64,000 bases of DNA from Octopus sinensis (taxonomy: Eukaryota). Each line of letters opens with the position of its first letter. Position 1 is the stretch's first letter. The DNA is taken from the NCBI RefSeq assembly GCF_006345805.1, contig NC_042998.1, positions 92,318,001 to 92,382,000 of the forward strand. The letters run 5' to 3'. The notes beneath the pieces are model-generated. The model was not told the DNA's origin, made no database searches, and was given only the letters and a program-made list of their open reading frames with translations. This document shows, piece after piece, positions 39,401 through 51,000 of this stretch. A program made the translations under genes and the position numbers.

Positions 39401-42024
39401 CTAAAATTCACTCCATAATTGCCCACTGGCATATGGCGTAGTGGTTAAAAGTGCGGGCTACTAACCCCAAGATTCTGAGTTCAATTTCGAACCTGTTGTT
39501 GTCGCCGTCATAATAATAATAATGACGGCGACAACAACAGGTTCGAAATTTTCCCAAGACACCTGATGAAGGCTGGAGAGTATATCAATCAAACAAGATC
39601 AGGACAAATATCCGTGAAATGTAAATGATGTACAAGTATCTTCTACTATAGCCTCATATAGTATATATGGGAGAATTCACAAAAAAAAAAAAGACGAAGG
39701 CGGGTGGTGTAGACAACAAACAGATGTATTAGTTTAATGCTTGGGAAGTGAAAAAGTCTTTAACGTTTTAAGCCTACGCTCTTCTACAGAAAGGAACACA
39801 GAAATAAACAGGGAGAGAAAATAAAGAATGTGTAGTGGCTAGTGATCTATCATGGTGAATGCCGGACAGAAGGCATATATATGAATGTGTGTGTGCATTT
39901 TTGCATTGGTTTATGTCAATGTTTTCAACTTCCAAAAAAAGTTATGCTACAGACTGTGACATGAGAGTCTCTGGCTGGGCTTCAAGTGGGAACATCACTA
40001 ATTGTGGCATGGATGCATCTTTGTGGTGATTGTTGATATTTCCTGTCAACAAATCATCTGTTGGTTTTGCAATTTTCAATTCTTCGGGAATTAAATTCCT
40101 TTACTTGAAGAACAGGTGAGCATTGGAGACAGGAAGAGCATCCAACCATAAAAAACCTTGTCACATGTACATTCAAGCATGCCCCATTTTAACCCTTGCT
40201 AGCAATGGAAAACAAATCTTAAATAAACAAATGAAGGAATTCAGCATACACACATGCATACACATTCACACAATGCATGGACCAGCACACTTTCCCCATG
40301 AATACAACATTCACATGAAAAGAATCAGGAAACATAAACATGCACACATAATACACACACACTGTACCTACAATATTCATAGAAATGTCAGACACAATAA
40401 AATGGGGTCTTCACTATCTGTCTCTCTATCTTCCCTCCCCTCTCACTCCCTCATTTTGTTACTCTCCCTCTCAATCATTCTTTCTCTCATTTTGTCACTC
40501 TCTCCCTCATTCTCTCTCTCTGTGTCTGTCTAAGTCTCTCTTACTCTTTGCCAGCCCCTCTATCTCCAATATTTTAACCCTTTCGTTACCGTATTTATTT
40601 TGAGATGCTCTGCGTTTCTTTCGATTAATTTTGAATATAACAAAGAATTTAGTAAAACAACTTAGTTATCATTAAGTTAGGAACATGAATTGTGACTAAG
40701 GTTTGTTGGAAGATTTCAGTTCAAAACTTATAAAAACAAGACATTTGTACAACAGAGTTAGAGATGATTTCAGCTGGGTTGGTATTGAAAAGGTTAAAAT
40801 AATTGTACAAATCTATCATTATTATTTAGTACATATAATAAACAGATTCAATATCTTTCAACAATTGTTCAAATCCATCATTAAGAAAGTCACAATGCCA
40901 CACAAACACAATTAAATAAGAATTAAATTATATGTTCTGAGTACTAATGTCTTTATTATTTTTTTCTTTTTTCCCGTTTGCCCATGTTTTCATCACACTG
41001 AACTCTTGATGTTATGTAGCTGTCACTTGACTGTCCACCATGTAGCTACTTGACTATTGTTATTGAATATCTTTTATTTTCTACTTGTTTCAGTCATGTG
41101 GCTATGCTGGAACACTGCCTCGAAAAGTTCAGTAAAAAAAAATTGAACCGAGTACTTGTTTTTAAGTTTGGTACTTTTTCTAATGCTAAGTTATGAGAGA
41201 TGTAAACAAAGTAACAATGGTTGTGAAGTGATGGTGGGGGTGGGGTGGGGCAAGACACACTACAGACTTTCATTCAGTTTTTACTAAACTCACTCAGAAG
41301 GCACTGGTTGACCTCCATCTGTAGTGGAAAGCATTTTCACAAGGAGCAACACAGTGGAACTGAACCTGAAACCATGTAGTTGCAAAGTGAGTTTCTTAAC
41401 TACAAGCCATGCCTGTCATCGTCATTGTTTAACATCTGCCTGCCATGTTGGCATGGGTTGGATGGTTTGACAGGAGCTGACCAGACAGAAGACTGCACCA
41501 GACTTCTGTGTCTGTTTTGGCATGGTTTTTACAGCTGATGCTCTTCCTAATACTAACTGCCCAGCAGACTGGACAGAGTGTTTTTTATGTGGCATGAGGA
41601 CAGTTCAGGTCAGTTTTGGCATATTATATTAATTTCTTTACAGATTATTTTCTAAGAAATAACTGATTCTTCAATTATTTCATTTGCTAAGAAAACACTG
41701 TTTTTTTGCAAAGAAATCTTACACCTTATCCTTTGACTTAGTAAATATTTATACTTTTATGGGATCTTGGAAATAAAGCAGTGAACATTAGCGATCAAAA
41801 GTAGGTATTCCAATTTCTTAGTCTTTTAGTATCTTTGGACACTTTTGTAAATTTTGCACAACAGATGCAGGTGTGGCTGTGTGGTAAGAAGCTTGCTTTC
41901 CAACCACATAGTTCTAGGTTCAGTCCCACTGTGTGATACCTTGGGCAAGTGTTTTCAACTATAGCCTCGGGCTGACCAAAGCCTTGCGAGTGGATATGGT
42001 AGATGGAAACTGAAAGAAGCCCAT

Positions 42025-42069
<45 letters not shown>

Positions 42070-45000
42070 TTGTCCCCTACCATTGCTTGACAACTGATGT
42101 TGGTGTGTTTACATCCCTGTAATTTAGTGGTTCAGTAAAAGAGACTGATAGAATAAGTACTAGGCTTACAAAGAATAACTGCTGAGGTTTATTTGTTCGA
42201 CTAAAGGCGGTGCTCCAGTATGGCTGCAGTCAAATGACTGAAACAAGTAAAAGAATGAAAGACTACAGATGTTATTCTTAATTTCACATTTAACTCTTTT
42301 GGTACCAACTCACCTGAGACCACCTCTAATTCTAAGATGCAAACTTTCTGTTTCAAAGTGATCTAAATTAAAACTTCCATCAAAATTTTGTGTTAATTTG
42401 TGTTCCAGACACCACCTCAATAATGACAAAATTATTTTATGAAATTCTCAATTATTTTAAAAATTGATTGAAACAAGGGCAAAGTATTTCAATGGAAATA
42501 TGGTAACCAAAGTGTTAAACAACACACCCATGGAGAAAAGTGTTTTTTCTTAGCAAGTAAATGAAAGCATTTGCCTTGGTGAAAAGTGAGTTTTACTTTT
42601 TTGTTATACAGAGGGTAAACAGATCAAATATTTTAAAATAATTGTTAAAAATCATTATTTTTTGTGAACAAATGTAAGGTTCAATCATCTTTCAATAATT
42701 ACTCAAATTCAGCATTAGGAAAAGTAAATTTTTAGCATTGCAAATTCTATTCCCTTTCTACATTGTCTTTTCACATTTCTGAAAATTTTATGGCACAACA
42801 AATTTTATTTGCACTCTACATTTAAATCATTTTTACTATGGAAGAAAATCAAATACCCGAAGCAAGAGAAATAATGAGATGATAGAAGCAAAGGATGAGA
42901 GGACAACAACAGGAAATAAAAGCTAAAGGCAAAAACTAATGGATAAGAAGAGCCAACAAGACTGAGCCTGAATGTGTAGGATATCTATGGTATTTAAGAG
43001 AGTGGTAACAGATATAAAGAAAGCTCATGGTTGGTAAACAGTGTGTTGAATATCTGCAATGAGAGATAGAGAGTGGGGAGAGAGAATAAGTGATTAAATG
43101 ATATGAAGAACTGAAGAGATTATCAAAAGGATATTCAGGAATAAGCCTCTAAACTATTGTCATAATAGCACTTCCACCACTTTATCCTGAGGAACTCAAA
43201 CTACTTTTTGATACAAATAATGAAATTCCTCTCTCTCTCTCTGCCTTTACTCGGCAGCCTCAAGCAAACAGAACTCATGGAGTTAATATTTCAGGAAAAA
43301 TATCCAAATAATTTTATAGTTTTCTTTTGTTTCATCAAGTGAAAAATTGCTATACATAAGGAAAGAGACCTTACTCCTTTAAAATTCAAGGACAAACATA
43401 GCATTCTACATCTATTTTCTACCTGAAAAATAATTCACCAGTCTATGGCCAACCTTACATTATTGATGTTATAACAAAGATTTACAACATATACAAGCAC
43501 TTCAGAATTCAGAAGGCTTACTTAATGAATACAATACAATACAAGAAATGCCTTTTCACAACCTATATGCTGAATTTTGTGAAAATCTGCATCACACAAA
43601 GTTACAGTAAATGAAAATAGAGGTTCCTATAAACTTCACATAAGGCTCTGATGTCAGGTAATTCAAATGGTATAGTGTTTATTGGTGAAAATTGAGTCAT
43701 CCTTCTGAAAACAGAGAAACCAAAATCCCTCCAAGAAATGCACACCCAACTGAGATTACATATTTATTTGGTATTCTTGATCTAATGTGTTAGCTTCTTT
43801 TATTCTCCAACAGTGAGCTTGGGTGGCACAATAATATGCAGTATGGTGACTATACACAAGTTCTACTGTTATCCTATTGTACATGGAGATAGATTTGGTA
43901 TCACTAAAAGACAGGGAAAGTTTTTCAACGATATTTAGTGTTAATACTCAAGGGTAGCATTTAAAGTTTCTAAGAAACAACCAATCTCAGTTGCAAGCTA
44001 AACATTACAACGGCTGCTGGATCACCTTGCAGCTAGAGAAAAATCAAGCTTAGAATCAGGAGAGCTAGTTATACTTCCCTCTTCATTCACTGAGAGTCCC
44101 TGTAACATGCACCAAGATGCTACAGTGATAGCAGCAAAGTGGAGCAAGCCTTACTCTCTCTCTTTACTCTTTTACTTGTTTCAGTCATTTGACTGCGGCC
44201 ATGCTGGAGCACCGTCTTTAATCGAGCAACTCGACCCCGGGACTTATTCTTTTGTAAGCCCAGTACTTATTCTATTGGTCTCTTTTGCCGAACCGCTAAG
44301 TAACGGGGACATAAACACACCAGCATCGGTTGTCAAGCAATGCTAGGGGGACAAACACAGACACACAAACACACACACGCATATATATATATACATATAT
44401 ACGATGGGCTTCTTTCGGTTTCCGTCTACGAAATCCACTCACAAGGCTTTGGTCGGCCCGAGGCTATAGTAGAAGACACTTGCCCAAGGTGCCACGCAGT
44501 GGGACTGAACCCGGAACCATGTGGTTGGTAAACAAGCTACTTACCACACAGCCACTCCTGCGCCTAACTATTTCTAATGTACACCTGTAATACATTATGC
44601 CCAGAACTCTCTAGTCATAAGAAATTACAAAGCCTGCTTAGTTTGTTCATTTGTTTAACATGTTTTTCAATGCTATCAAGGGTTACTCAGCGATGAGTAT
44701 ACTTGGGACAGCATTTTTACTGCTGGATGTTTTTCATGTTACTAATTCCTAAGCTGAACTCTATCTTACTGAATTGAACTCATTAATTTGTTTTTTGAAA
44801 TGCCACCAATGGAGCATTTGTGATGGTTTTGCACATTTGAACAAATATCATGCAATGAAACTAGACTCAAAGTCCTCAAATTCCATTAACACTTTGTTTA
44901 AGCCTTGATAATAAGTGGTACTTTAGACAATGAGTTTTGGTAACTTGAATTAGAACAGTACCAAATGACACAGCATTACTATTTAGAATGGAAAGGATCC

Positions 45001-48000
45001 AAGTACCACAATGTTTGTTACATTCTACGACCACAATTAAAGTACAATTAAAGTAGGAGGTTAAAATTTTTTAATGAAGTAAAAATATCATTAATGCAGC
45101 CAATATTCAGCTATGGATAATTATGTCTCTTTTTCTAAAGCTTGAAAATTATTGTATATTAGAGCAAAAGTTACATTGACTAACAAGCAAAGGATACAAA
45201 TTGTGTAAAGTTCTCAACTAAATATTTGAATGAATATGTGCTTCAGAGTGGCCAGTGGCATGAATTTAGACAAATGTAAAACAAGGTAAACTAAATACAA
45301 GATAATTTTTTTAATATATCAAAACTATCTTCATTTCCAGAGAAAATAAATAAGCAACTAGCTGCAGCTGCAAAAGACTCCAAATGCAAAGGGGAGATAA
45401 TCTCAAGGAATCAGCAATTTTGAATTAATATTCCATTAACTCTTATATTCTTATAGTGTTTTCCCTATACAAATCTTCCACTCCTTTTAGAAACTAGAGA
45501 TTCTGATGAAAATGTAGTTGGCCATGTATAAAAATTGTAGTAATATAAATACTGGATGAAACTTGGAGAGAGGATGTAATGATTGTTGGTGTACATTGTG
45601 AATGTAGCTTTTACCTGTTGTTGATAGCATTGGATAGATGTTTTACAGTAATTGTTCAAGGTTCATGCATTTACAATTCAAATCTTACAGAGGTCAAGTA
45701 TGCCTTTCATTGGTTGATAAATAAGTATTGGTCAAGAACTGGAATGGACTCTTTACACATACACACACACACAAACACAATAACAGTCGGTTATGCTACA
45801 GTTAGTTAAGGACAGGTCATGCAGAACCATTCAGTGTCATATTAAAAAAAAAGAGAGAGGGAGGAGTGGAAAGAGATGGAGAGGGAGGAAAGAGAGAGAG
45901 AGGGGAGGAAAAAGAGGAAGAAGGAGGAGGAGGAGGAAGGTTCAACAAGAGACTAGCAACTTCTTGTTTTGTATGCATACCCACCCTGCAAATTTAAACC
46001 ACCCAAAGAAACCATGAATTAAGCAGATGACATATGGACTAATGGGTGTCAAGTATGGTTGTAAGAGTGGATGTACCAACCAATTCCTGAAGTAGTATTT
46101 GTGTGCTATGAAGTTATTTTCAAGGGGTTTGTTGCTCAGTTATGCATGTAACCATCTTATGTGAGTTTAACTCAGTGGCTTTGTTTTTTGTACAAACACA
46201 TTCATACCACTAATATGATAGAGATATATTATCACTTTTTCTATTTCTTCCTTGAAGAGAGAGAGAGGGAAAATAGAAAGAATGATAATAATTATAATAT
46301 AATGTACAATGGATAGAGAACAGGGGGGATAGTTGGAGAAAAAAATAAAATAGTGAACAATGGATAAACTAATAGAAGTTTTAAAGTTGAAATATTATTG
46401 AATTGGAAAAAAAGAGAAATACTGATTTGGAGACACATGACTGGTTGTGAATAACATGAGAAAAATAATTAAATATCAGTTTAGGAATTTCATGTTCATT
46501 TGTTGTCTAAAGTAGAGTTTGAAAAAGCAAAAAAAAAAAAAACCAATAGATCGGCATCAGCACCAAAACCACTTTCGTATATTTTTTATTAAGGATCGGG
46601 CAATGATAGTGGATTGATAGGAAGGGAAGAACACTGAACAAATTGTTTTTTCTGGCTCTTTATGTTCCGAGTTTAAATCTTGCTGATGTCAACTTTGCCT
46701 TTTCTTCCTTCTGAGGTCAACAAAATAAAGTACCAGGAATTAATCAAGTACTGGGGTTGATATAACTGACTATTGCCTTCCTCCCAAATTTCTGGCTTTG
46801 CAACTAAATTATAAATGTTTGTTCAACAGATTCTGAATTATATTTACCAACAGCCAGAGCTCTGGCTTACCAGAATCATTTTACTCAACTATTTACAATG
46901 CAAAGTTTAGAGAGCGAGATAAAGCTAACACTTTAAGACGTTTAGTATACATTCCACTGATTTTTGTCAATGCATTTCCCTTTACATTTATTATAATGAT
47001 TCTTACCAGATTAATAATACTGTTACCTGATATTCACTTATTGGATACGCATTTTCATCATTTCAGTTTAATATTTCAGTTACTGAGGCTGACATGTTGG
47101 CAGAAACACTAGAATTTGGATTAGTGGTCTTATAATATTTAGCTTTCTTCTTTCCAGTTAAAATGAAATCAAATGTTGCTGGGTCTGAGTTTGCTTTCAA
47201 CAGTTTGGAGTCAATAAATATAAATACAATATACAAGGTTTGATTCAATCAAATAGTCTCCTACCTAACAATAACAACCTTGTGACTAATCAAATGAAAT
47301 CAATTTTCCATAGCTCAGCTAATATTGCAATTTGTTTGCATTCTCAATGCATACTTTGGGATTATTTGACAGTAAGTTCTTATCTTATACAACAGCCTAC
47401 TGCATCATCCAGTGCTGGTATATACTATTACATATAATTATTTTTGCCAGACAATTTTCAAGGATATTGCTTTATTCTTTAATTTAGTTAAGTCAGTGAG
47501 AAATGCAGCCATAATTATTAGAACATTGGATTAAATGCCTTGCAGTATTGTTCTGGCTCTCTGCACTGCGAGCTCAAATTCCACCAAGGTCAACTTTGGC
47601 ATTCATCCTTTGGCATGGAGGAAAAGGGGGTCAATGAAATATATATATATAAGTCCAAAGCTATGCGTTGGTAGAATTGTTAAAAAACACCAGGCAAGAC
47701 ACATAGCAGCATTTCTTGAAGTTCTTTGCATTCTGATTTCTTGGGTGAAAGATAATCTATCACTTAGTTTAACACAGCCACTTGGTCTTTGAGTACCTTC
47801 AGCAGAGTTCACACTGTTGTATGCTTTTATACCAGGCCTCCAGTTTTAGGACAATTTCTTCCTCCATCAGTTTCAGAGGCATTGAATAAAATAAACAACC
47901 ACGGGTACTACCCATCTTACCCTGATTATCATCACCATTTAACATTGGTTTTTCTATGCCAGAATGGGTTGAATGGTTTGACCATGGAGGAACTGCATCA

Positions 48001-51000
48001 AGCTCCAATGTCAGCTTTGGCATGTTTTCAATGGCTGGAGACCCTTCCTGAAACCAACGACTTTACAATGTGCATTGAATGCTTTTTCATGGCACAGGCA
48101 CTGGTGAGGCAGGACAGGAAAAGAACAAGAAAAAGGAAAAATCCCCACCACTAAGTGTGAAGAGTATTTGAGAGGAGTATTTGAGTATATGCAAGGTATT
48201 GGAATGTTAAAGTATAATAGCAGGACAAGAGTAGGTGTCATGCTATTGAGGAAATAGAGACATGACAACAATATCTCTTAGAATGTTCATCATCATCATC
48301 ATTTAACATCCTCCTTCCATGCTGGCATGGGTTGAACAGTTTAACAGGAGCTGACCAGATTAGAGGCTGTACCATACTTCTGTGTCTGTTTTGGCAAGGT
48401 TTTTATGACTGGATGCTCTTCCTAACACCAACTACACTGTAGAGTGGGCTGAGTGCTTTTTATGTAGCACTCACACAGGCGAGGTCAGTTTTTGCATGAT
48501 TTTTACAGCTAGCTGCCCTTCCAAATGCCAACCACTTTACAGTATAGACTGGGTGCTTTTTAAGTGGCACCTGCACTGGTGGGGTCACCAAGTGACTTTG
48601 CAAGACAAAGAGTTTTTGAGAGAGGAGGGGGCATTGGAAGAAGTGATCTTGTGTCAGATGATGAGAGCTTAGAGTGTGACAGAGAGGCAGAAATAGATGC
48701 CTTGCTGTAGAGAAGGTCATGGTTACTCAGCTCGAGAGAAGAGAAAGAGAGTGAGAGTTAACAAGAATGAGGGCAGAAAAGAGTTACTTATAGAGAGAAT
48801 GGGAGTTAACAAGAAAGAGGTGTGCTACTGTAAAGGAGATCCTCATTAATTCCTATACTTTATATTGTCAATTGACCAATGAATTAATTTCATAAAAACA
48901 TTGTTTTCTTACTACAGTAACTGTAACAAAAATGACAAATACACTGCACCAACTTAGTAATGGCTACATCAGCTTAGCAAGCTTAGAAATAGCACAGAGG
49001 ATCCCTCATAACCACACATGTATGTGGTCACTCAAACTGTTCAAAATAAGAATAAAAAATCTGCCTTAAATTTCACCTACCATTTTAGATAGCTGGACAA
49101 TTGAGAAATTAAGAGCTGTGGCAGGAATAGTTGGGTAGGGGCCAGTGGATGAACAGATCCTGAAGTGCAAGAGGGGCTAGATAGGCCACACTTTAAGGAA
49201 ACCAGGATTCAGCATTACACATCAGACCCTGACACAGAATCCACAAGGGAGGTAGAAGAAAGGATGCCCAAAAAATAACTAGAGACAAGTCTCTGAGGTA
49301 GAGCTGAAAAAACTGGGATCCAAGTGTATAGAAGCAGAAAAGGTAGCCAAGAGCTGAAAACAGTGGAGAAAAGTAACTGACAGCCTACACTCCATAGGGA
49401 GCAAAGGGCCTAAGTAAGTAGTATCACCTTAGAAGAAGGAACATATTTGATGATGTTGCCCTGGATATAATATTTCAATAAGAATGGAATGTCTTTGTTA
49501 AAAGTTTTATTTAGTCAGATTTGACCTGGACTTAGACACTAACAACAATAGACAATGACGCCAATACTATAAATGAAATGAAATATAAGCAGTGACAAAC
49601 GTATGAAGACAGCAGAATTGATATAAAAATCCTAGAAGTAAGAAACATAAAACTGGTAATGAGGCATACATAAACAATTTAACAAATAATGACACAAATA
49701 TAAGCAACATTTATCTAATTTACATAAATATGTGTTAGCAGAAGTGACATAAGTATGAGAGTATAAAGGGCACAAATATGAAACATGTCAGTGTAAAAAT
49801 AGCAGTTGTGGTATAATTGTAACAAGACAACTGTGAAGATATAAAATAATGGCATGACTATATAGCGACACCATATATTACAAATATAGCCAGATACCCT
49901 CATATTACATGCACGTGTGTGTATATATGTGAGTGTGTGTGTGTGTGTGAATATGTATGTAAATGACAAGTAAGTTAGGCAAGTCGATATACAAAAAATA
50001 TTAAATACATTTAATACAAAAAATGTACCTATGTTTACATATATATGTGCGTGTGTATGTAAAACAAAACAGTAAGAGCACCAAAACCATACAAGTTGTC
50101 AGTAATCAAATATACATAACGTGACAACAACATCAATAATAACAAAAACATAATACACAGGTTGTGGTATAAACATATCAAAACATAATTAACGACATCA
50201 TCAGACATTAATGTTGGCATGAAATATTTTTTTTTTATCTATCTTGAATATATGAATCCCCAAATACATAGATTTTTTTTCAAAGTCTATTGATGAAATC
50301 AGTGATATTTTTCTGTTACTGTCTTTAAAATAATTGCCATTTGTATGATAGAGGATACTAGACAGAAAAAGATAAAAACATCTTGTCTGAATAGTTGTAC
50401 AAATGTCTTAATTTGTAAAATACCTACTAGTCATCTTCATCATCATCATCATCTTCATCATCAAATAGCATCTATAATTTTTATTTTTGTATTTGGTTTG
50501 CAAGATTCTTTATTTGAACTAGTGTGTTGAAACAGATTTTGTTGTATATTGGGAGGACCATTATACCAACAATAAACACATACTGGTGCTATTTCACTTC
50601 TTTATTATTATTCATCAATTAGTCGGCCAACTAACTAAATGAGACAAGTCTCTGAGGCAGAACTGAAAAAACTGGGATCTAAGTGTATTGAAGCAGTAAA
50701 GGTAGCCAAGAGTTGAAAACAGTGGAGAAAAGTAACTGACAGCCTATGCTCCATAGGGAGTAAAGGGCCCAAGTAAGCAGTGTCACCTTAGAAGAAGGAA
50801 CACAATCAATCAGTTGTGTTTGTCAAAGTCCTTTTGTTGCCGTTTGCGATCACTTTGTACTCTATGTCAGTTTCAGATCTGTCTTCTAATTTCAAGATTT
50901 AATGTTTATGCAGTATAATGGATATGAATGAAATTGAACCAGTGAATGTGTTTATCAGACACTCCCAAGATATGAGGTGGTATCAAAAAGTTCTCAGACT

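Larger units (their letters stand above)
37645..39632 (+). mobile_element. Penelope-like retroelement (RT + GIY-YIG endonuclease), 5'-truncated and pseudogenised
   Basis: Motifs across frameshifts: [106 protein letters not shown]. Flanked by the 12-bp duplication caagtatcttct (37633-37644 and 39633-39644). Confidence 0.92.

Noticed and set aside
39427-39488. Functional tRNA-Ser(ACT) gene
   Set aside because: There is no 3' acceptor stem, the arms are imperfect, and it lies within a retroelement.
37633-39644. TSD copies lying exactly 2000 bp apart as a sign of artificial construction
   Set aside because: The element is naturally decayed and the junctions fit ordinary retrotransposition, so I treat it as coincidence.
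44107-44590. Recurrent peptides such as [28 protein letters not shown], suggesting a gene family
   Set aside because: These are translations of the same non-coding SINE at 44163, 52114 and 55101.
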